Positions 37,108-53,600 of a stretch of DNA of 64,000 bases are shown here, in pieces. Origin of the DNA: Antedon mediterranea (Eukaryota; Animalia; Echinodermata); NCBI RefSeq assembly GCF_964355755.1, contig NC_092672.1, forward strand, positions 23,759,237-23,823,236, given 5' to 3'. A program made the translations under genes and the position numbers. The notes beneath the pieces were generated by a model. The model worked only from the letters and a program-made list of their open reading frames with translations. It ran no database searches and was not told where the DNA came from. Within the stretch, counting starts at the first letter, position 1, and every line of letters starts with the position of its first letter.

Positions 37108-37542
37108 TGGCATGTTTTTTTGTTTAGTAATGTATGAAATATTTATTTTAGATGCCCCACGGTACAGAGGGTTACTTGTAAATTTAAAAATTGGTGAACA
37201 TATGAAAAATTGACATAATTCGTTTTTGCTTTAGCCTACATTCTAGGCTCCCCGACGAGGGGGTTAGATTGTAGTAATTTAAAGCAAAAAAATAGTAAAA
37301 TTGGCTGCTAGTCAGTGGGTTTTTGCTTGAATGTAACCATTTATTTTGTCATTTTATAAGTGACCAATTTATTTATTTTTTCATTTTTTTTTTTCATCTT
37401 TCATGTTTTTTTGTGGGACAATACATCTTTAATGAAATTGTTGTTAATATAAAAGTTGCTTTCAAAAGACATCAGACCTCCCAACTCTCTCCCTAAAATA
37501 CAATTTATTTTGGATTAACCAACAAAATATCCAAAGTTGTTA

Positions 37543-38302
37543 AAAACAAGGCCAACAGCCATTAAGTCGCGTGTTACAATGCATAGTGATACCGGACCGA
37601 CAGACAAACAGACCGACAGACAGACAGACGGACCGACCGACATAGTGAACTATACTGACCGAAATTACTGAACATGTTTAAAAATGTTGAAATGTTTAAA
37701 AACATTTATATTTTTTTAATTTACACGTGCGTAGCCTGTCACTTTTGACGTGCTCGTATAACGTAATTTCGAGTTGAAAAGTAAGTCAAGAAAACAGAAA
37801 TCGGGCAAAAAGAGTGCGCAATAACATTTAACGCGCAGTGCGCGCGCAAAAATCTGCGCACTCATGGCAATTTTGTAAACGCTTAAAATTGCCTGAAACG
37901 TACTCTTATTTTATCGAAAATAAATTGTGAAAATTTTAGGCGCGCGTACGCATGCGTTACATGCGCTACGCACGTAATTGTATTGCCATATGATGATTTA
38001 TGCCCTGAAATTTATGAGTACCAAATTTTATTTAATTGTGATTCATGGTTGTTAAGATATGATTACAAACGTGATTTCGTTAAATCGTGCGTAGACCGCG
38101 TAATTTTTTATTGCGCACCGTGAAATCATAACCACATCGATTCCTGGCCATAAGGAATATTCTGTGAAAAATTGATTTAGCTAGATTAAACTGATATCAA
38201 GATAAGGTCATAAAGCGATAAAACGCATAGTGATACCGGACCGACAGACAGACCGACCGACCGACATAGTGAACTATAGAGTCGCTTCCACGCGACTAAA
38301 AA
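37543..38302. mobile_element. Helentron-associated (HINE/DINE-1-like) non-autonomous element
   Basis: Subterminal inverted AGTCGCGTG / CACGCGACT, terminal hairpin AGTCGCTTCCACGCGACT, (GACA/GACC)n microsatellites in two copies of a core repeat, A-tract flanks. Confidence 0.65.
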
Positions 38303-38646
38303 TGTTACTACTCTAGAAATAAACTGAACGTAAGATATTCATGGATTGTTTAATAAGTGAAGTAATAAGTTTGCCATGTTTACTATTATAAATAATAAGT
38401 GTTCTTGGATTGGATGTATTTTTTTTGTAAGTAAATATTATAGCACCCCTCTATAGTGTGGACATGCTTTTATAAAATCTTCCAATATTTCTAAGTTGGG
38501 AAGTCCAAAACTTCCGTATAATGGTTATCTTCTAAATTATATTAATAATTAGAGCATAGCATTTCATATTTGTATAGAAGCCTTTACCAGTGACATTGCT
38601 TTAAATCTTAATTACTTTACAGATTCACATTTTTATTTCTTGCCAG

Positions 38647-41600
38647 GAAAAGTCACGCCCAAGTAAGAGAGACAGAAAGTACAAAGGAATAACATTTCCT
38701 GGTATAAATTGGGGGAAAAAAAATTTTCGTCAAAAGGTAAGTTTTTCTCTAATCAGTTTATTGAGTTTGGTGATTTACAAATTGATTTAGAAATAAATAT
38801 TCATGTACATTTTGATAAACTAAATGTATGTTTTTTAGTTCAAAACTACCACAAACAGCAAAACCACCACAAATAGTGGTAAGTTCATTTTATTTTTCTA
38901 ACAGCTATACAATGTCAAGTTAACTCAGTTCATCTAATAGATAAATTATGATTTTCTTATACTTTATTTTGTATTTAATCAAATTTTAGAGGTGAATACT
39001 GAAACACCTGCAAAAGCTAAAGATGTGAGTACTACAATATAGCATTTGTTGACTGTTCTATTTAAATCTACTCTACCTCCTCAAAAAGAATAATCCATCT
39101 TTCTTTCAACTCACAAATTCATTACTTGTATACTGTTTAAAATGAGGAATTAAATCTATTATACTTTTAACATTATAGCCCTGGCGAAAGAACAGTGTTT
39201 AACTTTTCCTTATTCTATTAAGATCCAGCCAATGATAACCATTGACAGTAATTTGCCTTCGAATTTATATACTTACTTTTAACATGGTATATAACATTAC
39301 ACTGATATGAATGGTTCAGAAAGTAAAACATTTACCTCTATGTTATTTATATAATATTTGTTATTTTTATTTCTTGTGCATCAGGTTAGCAAGAAATCAA
39401 CTGCAGAAGGTAAGTGTGTAATTAACTTAAATTCTTAATACGTTAATTGTGCAAGTATAAAATAATGGAACATGCTGAGTGAATAATAATAGAATTAGTG
39501 AATGATAAAAATGATGATTCACAAATAATAATAATAAAGTTGATAAAATTAACAGTGAAAGTGTTTACTACAATGAATCAAGATAGCCTTTCTACCCAAA
39601 GAAGAGCCATTTAATAACTTTTTACATCTTTTCTTGTTATTTTAGGTTTAATTAGTTTTATCTTTTAAACATTTTAATTGTAGAAAAAGTGATTTACTGA
39701 AATATTGTTGCTACAGTATATAAGTGCATTATAAATTTATTTTTTATCTTATATAAATATCATGTGTAATATTTTACTGAAATGAGAAAGAGGTAGATCA
39801 CTATTATTCAAATTGTCATTTAAGTGCAATAATGTTAAAAACAAAAACCAAAAATTAGGGTGAGACCACGAAACACAACCAAAAAAATGAACGTAAAGAT
39901 ATAATGATAAAGATAATGACAACAGAAAATTACCACAGAGAAGATGTCATTGATAATAGTAAGATTTAGACAAATTATAATAGTTGTAGAGATGATAATG
40001 ATGATATATTCAATGTCTATTATCTTTTTACATATATTTAGTCTATTTGATTTGTAAACAATATTTTTTACACATTTTTCCCGTTGATTAATAAAGGAAC
40101 TGAAGATGCATCATTGAATGTTCAACAATCGTTGGATAAATATATTATTCAGGAAATTTTTTCAAAACAAGAAGTAAAACAGTCTCCTTTGGAAACTTTT
40201 AACATTTGGGATCACGGGGGACAGTTAATCTATCAAGGAATACATCAGGTAAGTTTTGGACATTTTGTATGTTTGTATGGTCTATTGTTTGTGTATTAAC
40301 AGTTTTAATGCCTAATTATGGCAGTATCTTATCTGTATCACATGGATAGGATTCTGCTGTGTGTAGATAGGTGGGAACATGCCCACTGTAAAGATTGTTG
40401 TTTAGGCCTTCCACCTATCTTAATGTTAACAGATTACCCAACAAACCTCTGTGTATCTCTTCACACACCCAATCTATAAGTTTTGCAAGCTATCCATAGA
40501 CTTCTCTCACTACATGTGAAGTGAATTTGAAGAGCTTTTTCTCTATTTAGAACTCTTAACTATTTATAAAGTTTACTTTTCTTTATTCTAATATATTTGT
40601 ATTCTATTCACATTATTTCTATATTGCTGTTTTAAGAGATAAGTATTTCTTTGATGATATGCGCTCTATATGTTCTGGATATATTTATTGATTTTAGAAA
40701 ACACTGCATTCTATTACATCAGTAGGCTTTACTATCCTTGTCAAATAGTTTATAAATAATTGTTTTTATTTTGTATGCAGATCTTTGTGACATCAGAGGC
40801 AGTTTATGTTGCTGTCTTTGATTTGAGTAAAGACCTCGATGATCCTGCATTAGTAATAGATCCCAATGGGGTAAGTATTTCAGGGGTATTAGATTAGATT
40901 AGATGTTGTTGACAATCTCATTCATTGGTTAAAAGTAAAATGCTTTCATTGCATTGCAATGTAGCTGTGTCAAAGAATGTCATACTTAGTTTTATATATA
41001 TATATTATAGACTAGTGCTGTTCCACCGTACCACGCCAAGAATGTTAAAGAGTCGCTATCCAATCAAGTTTGAACAATACCATGAAAGCCCCAGTGGTCT
41101 AATGGTTAAAGCAGAAGGTTCCGGGTTCGAGTCTCGGTTGGGAAGATTTTTTCTCATTCTCGCAGATTTCCTCATCTTATCATTTCAAATTAATTAATTC
41201 AATTTCAGTATATCACCGGGTGGTTTAGAATTTATTCTGTGCCTGTAATGTTTATATGTATATATGTATATAATAACATAAAGTTGAAATTATACGATTT
41301 TTATTTGGTACTAAAATAATATACAATTTCTTATAGATTTTTATTATTTGAAATTAAATTATTTTTTACAGCAAGAACGTGAACATCATTGGACAAATCG
41401 TCAGTTTTTACTGTCTTCGATCCTGTCAGTTTATTCCCATAGTCGTATATTGGGAGAGAATAATGAGAAGGAAGTAAATTTACCTGCTATCCTTGTTGTT
41501 GGCACACACAAGGCAAGTCTGGGAGATACAGAAGAAGAACAAAATAAAGAGGTTAGTAATAATCTAGAATAGGTTTGTGTTTACAGTTAATACAAAGCTT

Positions 41601-44600
41601 AAAATATTTGTCTTGGGCACATGTACCACAGTGGGTATAGTACATTGAAACTGTAGGACTAATAATCAATCAATTTACACAGCTTTAAATCCACCAAATG
41701 TAATTTAGCTTTTTGTGCAAATTAAGTTGACATGACATAAAACAAGTGATTGTCAAATTTGAAATATATAAAGAATATACTTGATCAAAATAAAACATAG
41801 AAGAGGACATTTGGACTTTATTAATATTACTACATGTTAGCATTTTAAGGTTTTAAAATAAACTTTTGGAAAGAAAAATTAACAATTCTTTTTGTATGTT
41901 TAAATACGGTGCTGTTTTTATTGTCTTTTGTTTGTATATTATGTAGTAGTGTTTAATTTTTTTAAATCCAGGCAGAGGTGGTTTTACAGAAAGTTAAAGA
42001 TTCCCTGAAAGGAAAACCATATGAAAAACATGTACTTGGATACTATGCTGTTGAAAACAGTAGAGAGACTACAGACAAGAGCTTTAGTGATCTGAAAGAA
42101 GTAATTCAAGATCTTATGAACCATTTAAAACGGTCTATTCCATTAAAGTGGATGCGTTTTAGATGTGAAATGTATAATCTGAGGAAGGACAAATTGATAT
42201 GTTCTGCAGAAGAGGTATTTTATTATAATTTTTTTTTTTAGGGAAAGCAAAACTTGTTCAATAATAAATATTGTGAAGGCCAATCACCTTTCTTTAACAA
42301 CACATTCAAGACTGTCTGCTCTTGAAAACAAATCACCAGATTCAATTCTATTATACTTGTACTTGGTGATGTTTAAATTTCACCTTAACTATCCGGGCTA
42401 TGTTCAATACATTAATAAACCAACTAACTCCCGTACCACTTTAGGTGCCTCGAATCATAACACAATATGTATGTTGCCAAAATACAGGCAATACTTTAAT
42501 AATAAATTAAATACCGCTCCTGAACAAGAGATGCAATCAACACATTACGCGGCTGTTTTTAATGTACTGACTGGTCAGTGTTCTATGACAACACTGACAT
42601 AAATGCTAGTGTGACTGTCATCAATGAATACATCAAGCAATGCATCAGCAACATGATCCCAATTAAACATAAGAAGTCATACTTACACTATTGCTAACAA
42701 TATTTTAATGCCTTAGCGTAAAACAGCGTGCCTTTACTAACAACGTCTACAGTCTCGTGAAACAAAAAGAAATTAGAAATTCAAAAACTGTGATAGCCAA
42801 GCAGCATGTAAAGCAATGCAAACCATAACTGGTTTTAACTGTAAACAAAAAAAAGGATATAAATGGTAATACAAACTAAACTTGTAAATGACCTCAATGA
42901 ATTCTATTGTAAATTTGACAAATATGACTTTAGTGATTGTATTAATGCAAAAGTTAAGTTACTAGAAAACAAAGTTAAACTATTAGATCATGAATCTTAC
43001 ATGTTGCATGTTGATGAACACTTAGTTAAGCAGGTTTTAGGTGTTAAATCTAAATAAAATCTATGGGCCCTGATGGTATTAGTAATAAAGTCCTGAATTG
43101 CTGTAGCCACCAATTGTCGGCAGTTTTTACTAAACTATATCAATGCACTATAGACTCTGGATTGATCCAAAATATTTGGAAAAATTCTCTAATTTCTTCT
43201 TTGCCAAAAGCTAAAAATAAACCTCCTACTTACCTCAATGATTACCGTCCCATCGCGTTAACATCAAATCCCATGAAATGTCTAGAACGAATCATACTAA
43301 GAGCACTGGGAAAGTCAAAAGATGTTACCGCAAATAATATTAATCAGTTTGCATATAAACCAAACATAGGTGTAGATGATGCTGTGATCCTATACAATAC
43401 ACCTAGACAAACCAAGATCCTATATCAGGTTGACCTTTATTGACTTTTCCAGTGCCTTTAACCATACTTTAACTGTATTCAACACCACCTACTCATTGAT
43501 AACATGTATAAATTAAATGTCAATAATAACATTTTGCTTTGTCTTAAGTTACTTCAGAGAGAGACCACATTATGTTAAAATTAGTGATACACAATCTGAA
43601 TTACGCAAAGTTAGCATGGGCGCACCACAAGGCTCAGGCCTTCTTTTATGCTTATTCAAACCGGACGTAGACTTAGAGTACCGCTTAGAATACGAACCTC
43701 AAAATACCGATTATCATTCGTCCCACAATGCATTTTTGAGTATAATGACACAAGATAATAATTATAATCAATCTTACACAGAATTTATAACATTTAATTT
43801 TTTAACACGAATGTGTTTACTGAGTATTTTTTTTTACTTTTTAAAGTTATTCTAAATGTTTTATGCTGTTTTTTGCCTTGAGGAAGACAAATTTCAAATT
43901 ATATATTTTTTGACAATAAAGTTATCTTGGATCTTGAATATGCATTGGCTTATAACTTTTAATTCAGGTTTAGATTTATTATTCATTCATTCAATTCATG
44001 TAAGACTTTCCTTGCTCAAACATAAATTAAAAGTAAATATAAATATAACAGAAATAAACAATATACTTATTCAAAGAGTTTTAAACTATATTCATTTCAA
44101 CTGGCATATATGCATGAATAGAGTAAGAGATGAATAGCATTCAATAACAATTGTATTCATTTCAAAATTGACACTTGTCTGACAAACTTAGTATGCAGAG
44201 GGTGAACATGTTTAAAACATAATTGATTTTGATACACTGTCAATAGAAATCAGTTATTCGGAAATGCTTTTAGAAATTTACTTCTCACTTCAAGTATGGC
44301 ATGCACAATAGAATATTCGCAACATTTCCTAATACAAAATTCGAGCCAGATGCGGCTTGTGGTATGTATTGTATTTTGACGTTGAGTGTGGAGAAAGTTA
44401 TTTTGAAGAAACACATACCAATTGTGTGGGGTACAACACTTTTATATTTATTTAAATTTTTTTTTAATGCATTTTTTGTTGATTTTAGGTTAAAGAAATG
44501 GCCAGACAAAACGGAATTGGTGATGAAAGCCAACAGTTAATTATGCTTAACTTTCTGTACGACCTTGGTGACATCATCTACTTGCCTGATAATGAATTAT

Positions 44601-47600
44601 TACGGAATCAAGTGGTGTTGGACCCAATGAGTCTTGTTCAGTTTGTTACAGCATTTGTGACAGTGGTTACGCCTGATGAGTTTAAAGTAAGTGGGCTTAT
44701 ATAATGAACATAAATGCTCATTCATTTTCTTTATAAATAAACAGAAAAAAAAATTATAAATTGTATTTTATTGGTTAATTTAGTTATACTTGGATCCACA
44801 ATTCCCATGTTGATTTGTGTACAAATAATAATCTGTAAATCGTCTTTCTCTAATGTTTAAATATGATGTGGCTGTGTTCAATATCTTTCACACAGAGCAA
44901 TCTCTCCCAGAAATAAATTGTTCAGCTCTACTTGAAAGAGCTTTTACTGTGAATTTCCTTGCCATCTCTAATTATGTCACTACTCATGTTAGAAAAGGGC
45001 TTTAGTTATTACAAATTTAAATATTAGCTGGAACTAGAGATTGCTTGGTGTTTTACTATAAAATCTGACATTTTATTCATTGTATTAATTCACTACTGTT
45101 CACAGGAGCATTGGTGTAGCTATCAATCACTGCAAATTGTATAGGAGTTATTTAAAAGACCAACATGTCTTCATCATAGGTCTACTCTTTTACTTTAAAC
45201 ATTTCATTTTATAATTTGATGTGTTATTTTAGAAACCTCGGTACCTTGAAGCTTTTAGAAACCTTAACAAAGGCATACTGGATGAGATGTTGTTAAAGAA
45301 ATTGTGGAAGAAGCATGATATTGATGATGAGAAATTCCAATTCCTTGTAGACCTGATGATTCGATTTGGTTTCATTTGTGAGAGAAAAGCCTCCACCAGT
45401 CAAGCCAGCATGGAAAGTACATCTATAGTAGGTTTTTTTCTTAACCTTTTAACACTTTATACATTCCATTGCCAATTTGGTTTTGTGACACCTTTAAGTT
45501 GGATAAGATTCTTTTTTACTGAAAGGGAACTTCGTATTGACCTTGTTTTTTGTACGAAATTAAAGCTAAGTAATAATAATACCGAATAGATTGCAAACAT
45601 GTTTACACTGGTTGATATAAAGTTTGCGGTACACCACATATATAAAGTTCTGAAAAGAACTGTTGAGTTTCTCGACGTTTCGATCAATATACTTTGATCG
45701 TCCACAAGAGTTTATATTTGGTGTACTGCAATCTTTATATCAACATATTGATTTCAGCATGAAAACCTTCACACAATATGTCATCCGTTACATTACTATT
45801 ACAATTTTAATAGATCCATTAAAAGCCAAACTAGGAAGTCCTTTGTTGTAATTAGCATTCATTATGTATAATTCAAATGTTCGACGATAACTCTATACTG
45901 TATTTGGTTTTCCGCACTTGGTTGTTATTGTGCAAACTACATCAACTGGAGCGGTTGTGTTTCACTCGACCTCTCTAGGCATGAAATCTCTCTGCACAAT
46001 CTAGAGTATATAGTCCGGGAATTTTGAACGAGTCCAGCCGACACAGTATAGGCACAAGGGCACTCCTTGGGTCTAGTACAAGCGTTTTTCAACGTAGCAA
46101 TTTTAAAGCAACTTAACAAGTATTTTTATATCATGTTGTTTGTATAGCTGTCTGTATATTGATGATATTTTATATTTATGCTATTTCAAGCTGAAATTTT
46201 GTATGGATTGTAACCGTATCGTGTTTCTATATGAGCCGTTTTGCTTGATTATGTACCAACAGAGCTTGGATACTATTTTTATACAATCATTGGATTGATT
46301 TTTCGTTTTCGACTTGGATGTTCTGATTAAACATTTTACGGTATTGACTCAAGGTCACTTTGTTCTGTAAAATGGAAATGGCTTTCATTGGATTTGTTAT
46401 GTACCCTTTACATAAAGGGTAGATATGTATTCATATACAAATTTTGTCTATCTGATGTGATGGCATCATCATATGGCCAGTTGAATTAAAAAAAGTTGGA
46501 TTTTCATCTGTTTCGTAAATGCTTGTTGCGTTGAAAAGAAAGCGCATCTTACTTTTACGTGTCCAAAATTCTTCAAATTTGTATTAATGTAATTTTTTAG
46601 ATAATTATCTTCTAAAATAGTTATCTTTATATGTCAATTTGATGACGTCATCGTGTTAAAAATTGAATTAAAAGATGGGTACACTGTAATATGCTGTATG
46701 ATACAAAATAGGTACAATTCAGCACTGTAAACATATTTAATTCATGTTATAGGATGGCATAATAATTGTCAATGCTCATATATTTTAACGTATGTGCATG
46801 TTGCATTTTCGCGGATAACCCAATCTTGTCACTTTGACGAGTTCAAATCTAGTTTTTGTTTTGAATTTTAACATTGGCCTATTAACCGTATTTTATCATT
46901 GACCTATAGCATTTGTGCAATTTGATATAATATTTTTCTTGTATTGTTTTCTTAATTATTCCAAGCAAAATGAATTTCCGTTTTAAGTGGACCAATAAAA
47001 TGTCTTGAATATGAATCTTTACACTGAATAATTTTTTAAAAAGTTTTATTTGATTAGAATTAGGAGAGATCTTCACACATTCTAACACATTTAAACATTC
47101 TTATTGCAGGAACGATCCTTTTTTGTGCCTCTGCGACTTGCTTTTGAGACGTCACCATCCAGTGAAGTGAAATCTGTGCATGATGGGCACTATTCTATCA
47201 GTATATATTACGACCTTTGTGGACATCTGCCTGACATACTGTTTCCATATTTAGTGATTGATTTCATTAAAAAATATCAGAAGGAGACAGGAGATGACCC
47301 CAAACTATCAAATGACTATGCAGAGCTCTACGTCGACCAATATCATAATGTTATCTTGTCTCTTGTCAAATTGGTAACAAAGCAAGATGACCACAAGTTC
47401 TTGTTAAAGGTAACTTACAATGTCTAAATGACTTCAGTATTTTTTTTCTGTTCCATTGAAATATGTGATAATATAGTTATTTTATGCAAATAATAAAATG
47501 CAGTTAAATGTTTCTATTATGCAATTGGTTAAAGCATATACATCAATTTTAGAATAAACACCACACTAATTCGCAACATAACCTATTATATTTGCATAGA

Positions 47601-50600
47601 TAAAATGTTTAGGCCAAAACTTTCAATGTAACCTTCAAATGTTTATCTTCAGGCTACAATTAAAGTTAGAAAGGCTCTTGGCGAAACAATTACTACCACA
47701 GAATGTGAACCTTCTCCTTCAACATGTAAACAGGTATGTTATGACTTTTTTCTTTCTTTTTTAATACTAAATACGATAAATTAATTTTAACAGGTTATTT
47801 CCACAATTAGTCACATGATTGGTTCTAGCATAATAGCATAATAATTGCTACACTTGCTATAACAGGAAATAGGCAACAAAGAATGTACCTTTAAAATCTT
47901 GCTGAGTTTAAACTTTACGACTGACCTAACCAGCTGAAGCCCCATTCAGCGAATTGTAACGTATGGCCTCTCCACATTCCCGGATATGGCACTCTCATAA
48001 ATATTTTTTGGGAGTGTGTAATGTTAAATTAACTGAAATGAGAATATTTTAGGAATAATGGACATGTTATGGCCTAAATCGTACTCATTAAAAATATTCC
48101 AGCTTGTCGGCATAAAATTGATATTTTTTATAAACCTGCTCCCACCTCAGTGGCACCATGGTTAGGGCTGAGGTGTGTGAATTTTTTAGGAATCTGGAAA
48201 TCTAAATATCTTGAAATGGTAATCTCACAGAACGTGTTTGGGGAGTGTACAACATTTTTTGTTAACCTACATCTCTCCACCTCAGCCCCAATCAAGATTA
48301 CATTTTCAAATTTGACCCATGGAAAAATTTAAGGCAAGGGGGACTTCAATTCCTCCAACTCTAAATGCCCTCTGTATTTTCAAATTTTAATCTTGATTAT
48401 TATTTGTTTGTGCATTATCCCTTTTTAAAAATAAATGTTAAAATGATGAATAAGCTAGATAATGAAAAAAAAGATTAGTTGAAGATGTTTTGTATTTTTA
48501 CAGGTTGTATCAACTATTGAGATGTCTTTTAAACATTCTAAAGATGGTGGTAGAAGGGGCATTAAATTCCATCGATGCATTCCCTGTGATTGTAGTAAGA
48601 CATCTGAGAAGAAACATATGCAAATTCTTGGAGATTTCCAGGATGAGATGTTGCCATGTCATGGAAGTAACATGAATGTTAAACGATACAAGCAGCTATT
48701 TGGAAGTAAGTTAAGCCAAGATTGTATTATAGATTTTGTTATTCACCAATTACCATAAGGAAAATATTTTTATATTTATAACCTGAGTGTATCTTTGCCA
48801 TTTCATTATTGTAAAACATGTTGTTCAGTATTTAGTACTATAACAAACCTGAGTATATCCTTACTATCTGACCACTAATTTTACCGACTTTCTGAGCATT
48901 TTACTTAGTCCTAAACGCTTGAAATTTGTTACATACTGTTAAGAATATTTGTATAAATCTTATAAAATTAAGACCAGAAGTGCCATTTCAGACCTTTAAA
49001 TTGACGCTACACATTTCTTTAAATGACTGTATTAACATTGGTTCCAAAATCGTAGCTTTATAGTCTTCACTTTTGTGTAAGTAACTTGTTCACAATAAAA
49101 ATATTTCTATATGTACTGTATAACTAGGATGGCCCAGTGTATCTATAAATATGACAATCTTTTTAGTGATGCCTGCTCAAAATGTATTGAAATGTAGTGA
49201 AATTCTTGATTATAACTAATATAAATATTTCTTCTGCATAGATACAGGAACATCAAATGTAGATAGACCAACTGCCGCAGCTCTGGTTACAAGCAAATTG
49301 TCAGGTTAGTTGATTGGTAACATTATATAGGATTAACAGAGTACAGTGTTAACAGCTACAGTAATGTAGGAAATACCAGCATTTGCAGAAATGCTATAAA
49401 CTAATGTAGAAAATATAAATACTGTATACCAGTTTATAAATGTAAATAAATGTCTTAAAACTAAATAGACCATTTTGCAATTTTAATAAAGTTATTCACT
49501 TCTGTGAAATTCCATTTTTTCAGGTAAATAATTTTTTTTTCAATCCAGTTTTTGTCCAAAAGTGAATAACTATTACGTGACATTAAAATGGTATATTCAA
49601 CAAAAAATGTGAAAACAATTTTTTTTTAGGGGGACAATATATCTTTAACATAACATACATATTGAAAAAGAAAATTAAAATTTATAAATGACAATAAAAT
49701 ATAAAAATATGAAAACATATGAAGGGGCAGTACTGTAAGCGAATAGCTTTAAACGCACAGCCCATGTAATAGTAAAAACAATATTACTGATTCTCATTCT
49801 CAATCAATATATGAACGATAAAAAGTTATGAAAAAGAAGTAATAATTATCGCAATCAGCATACAAAACCTGATGCAAAAAAAAAACTTAGTGTATTTAAG
49901 ATTGATGGTTGATAACTAAAACAATGAAACACATTATAGATGATAAAAGAGTTAATTATTCTCGCAGCTTAGAGTAGTAAATGGTGGTACATCCGTAATT
50001 AAATATTATTATTTGAATTAATGATTATACAGTACAAACAAATGTTTCCTTAGAGTAGTAGCCGCTGAATTACAATGCGTATAACTTTGATGCGCAAAAC
50101 AAATCAGACTAAAAATTCAACATTTTTATCAATACTGTGTTCATGTACTGTACATGTAATAAGGATTATGGAAGAATTATATATTACTCCATGTAGATTA
50201 ACACTTGTTTAACTGTAGGACTTTCATTTCAAAAGCTTACTTGGATTGGATAGACAAAAATTGAAAACTAACATAGGGACAAAATTATAAGGCGGGTAAC
50301 ATTTTATATCAATTACGTAATATACTGATCAATAAACTGGAAATCATCAGACTTTTAAAAATTAAATCAACTACAGGTGGTCCAACATTGACAATCCCGA
50401 ATACGATGATACAATGGGACTTTTAGGTATAGTCTCCAGTTTGTAAACTGATGTAAGCACTACAAAATTAAAATTAAAACAATGTTTCATTAATATTTAG
50501 TTACATCCGCCAAAAAGGTATATGTAGTCGATTGCGTGCGTGTGTCTTTTTGTTTGTTAGCAGGATTACTCAAAAAGTTATTGCAAGATCTTTACCAACA

Positions 50601-53600
50601 TGAAAATACACATAGATATGTGGTCAAGAACCACTCCATTAAATTTTGGAGCCAAAGGGAATATATAATTAGTTATCCGCACTTGGCGGATAACCCCTTG
50701 TTATTGTCAGGATCTTTTTTTTTTTTTTTTTGGTTATCCGCACTTGGCGGATAACCCCTTGTTATTGTCGGGATCTTTTTTTTCTCTTTTTTCTTCTATT
50801 TTCTTCTTTCTTTCCACGATTTTTGTTCGCAGCGTATCTCTAATTCTGGCAAACATATGATTGTATAACTTTGTCAAAAGATAGCTGTAGATGTGCAAGA
50901 AACTTTTTTTTTCGAATTTCGTGTCGCGCAGCGTAAGTTACGCGCGATTTTATGAATTTCAATGATTGACCATAGATTAAAAACCAAAAGTCATTTTGTA
51001 TTGAAACTTGGTGAAAATTTAAGTCATATCAAGCGCAAACTTTCTATGGATTAAAAATGGCATGTTCTACAGAAAGTTACGCGCGCACGCGCGTTTGAAA
51101 TTTCAAAATACGAAAAATCAACTTCTAATCAATTTTCTACGCGTTTCATGTCATTTTGAGCATTTCAAAAATTCCCAGGCGTGCGCACGTAGCGCAAAAA
51201 CATCTTTTTTTGTTTGTTTTTTGTTTTTCCAGCCTTTTCTAGTAAATTTACCAACTTTCAAACAATTTGGACTAAAAATCACGTCATACGAGCACGTAGA
51301 ATTGAAAAATTTGCGCGTGTTTTTGATGAAAAAGTTCAAAAATTCGTGAAAATTATGCCTTTCTTTAAAATGTCATAGATTCTAAACTCCGTGGTGAAAA
51401 TTTTTAAAATTTCAGATTCTGGAAGTAGATGAGTGGTAGATATCAAATCATGCAACGATATGGCTAACCGGACATTGTGACGTCATCGTATGGCCACTCG
51501 AATATAAAATATAGGATTTTTGTCACTTTCGCATAGCTCATCAAATTTAATAGAGCGCATCTCCACTTATCCGTATTCCATTTCCCCCCATTTTGTTATA
51601 TTGTCTAGGCCAATCAATTATCTTTCGCATAATCTACCATTTTTTTAATTGTGATGACGTCGTCATGTCCAAAAGCGTCAATAACTTGGGTCCCTTATTT
51701 TCACCTATTCTGCACTGTATGTAGTACGTATACAGAATACAGTGTATAACGTATATACTTTGACGTGACGCAAAATTAAGAGCGCACTAACATTTTTTCA
51801 ATGGCATAATCGTTTTTCTGCGCGCAATATTCTAACGTATGACGTGCACGTGGCGTTTGCGCTGCGGATAACCTAACTCGTCCGTAGTGACGAGTTCAAA
51901 TCTAGTTTTCTTTTATCTTATTCTTCTTTCTTTCCCGGAATTTTGTTCGCAGCGTATCTCTAATTCTGGTCAACATAAGATTGCATAACTTTGTCATAAG
52001 ATAGCTGTAGATGTGCAAGAAACTTTTTTTTTCGAATTTCGTGTCGCGCAGCGTAAGTTACGCGCGATTTTATGAATTTCAATGATTGACCATAGATTAA
52101 AAACCAAAAGTCATTTTGTATTGAAACTTGGTGAAAATTTAAGTCATATCAAGCGCAAACTTTCTATGGATTTTTATTTTTTGTAGTATTTTAAATCGAC
52201 TTTTTAGGATTTTATATGTATTTTTTGTATGGCTTTTTTTATCGTATTTTATATTTTATGTACTGTATCCATTTTATATTTGTATGTACTGTACTTTTGA
52301 AAAGGCCAACAGAGTTTCCCCATGGGGATAATAAAGTTTTAATTGAATTGAATTGAATTGAATTGAAGATGGACCTGTAGCTATAGATGTGCAAGAAACT
52401 TCGTTATATGACGTTAGAGTCGCGCAGCGTAAGTTACGCGCGATTTTATGAATTGCAATGATTGGTCATAGATTATAAAACCAAAAGTCATTTTGGTGAA
52501 AATTTAAGTCATATCAAGGGCAAACTTTCTATGGATCTAAAATGGCATGTTTCAAAAGAAATTACGAGCGCACGCGCATTTAAAATTTTAAAATGCGCAA
52601 AATTAATTTCTAATTAACTTTCTTCACTGATCATGACATTTTGAGCATGTCAAAAATTCCCACGCGCGCGAACAATTTAACGCGTAAGGTGCACACGGAG
52701 CATGAAAATCATGTGTTTTTCTCTTGAATTATGATTTTACAGTCTTTCTTAGTCATTTTAAAAAAGATTGACATCATTTCAAATTAAAATGACGTCATAC
52801 GAACACGTTGATTTAGACCATTTGCGCGCGTTTTAGTTGAAAAAAAATAATGCCAATTTTGAATCTATTATAGCTCTTCAGGATCAAAAGTGACCCCCAA
52901 TTTTTTTTACTTATTATGTAAGAAGATAAATTGTAGATATAAATTCATGCAGAATTATTACCTCTCGGATGTTATGACGTCATCGTATGGCCACACGAAT
53001 GTTAAATATAGGATTTTTGTCTCTTTCGTTATTGCTCATCACATTCAACAGAGCGCATCTCGCTTATACGTATTCCATTTCTATCAATTATCTTTCGCAT
53101 GAGTTAAAAATATTTTAATTTTTATGACATCATCTTGTCTAAAAATGTAAATGACGTGGGTCACTTATTTTCATCTTTACAGTAAATTTCAATCTGTTAT
53201 AGCTCGTCAGAATAAAAAATGGTAATCATGATTAAAACGTTTTCTGGAATATTGGAAAATTTAGAAATAGAGTTATAAAGCCTATAAATGGAAGTGAATT
53301 GAAGCAATCCACGACCATGTGACTTTTCTTTTACTTGAAAATTGTGCCTGACCTATCAACGGTTTCAGCTTTTATAATCTTGAATGACGCCCTCTTGAAA
53401 TTCCACATTTGATAGCCTTTTGATCCGGAGGTAATTTTTTTATAATTTAATAAGTCATAATTCAGTAAACATTAGGTTTACGAAATGGGCCGAACATCAC
53501 ACGGTGGCGTGCATAGCCTATACACTTTTATGTTTGCCATTTATATATATATAGATGTTGTTTTTATATGAGAACAATTTGAGCCAGAGTACAATGTGTG

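Noticed and set aside
50377-50426. Possible extra ROCO exon
   Set aside because: It is 50 nt and not phase-compatible with the flanking phase-1 junctions; skipping it keeps the frame open.
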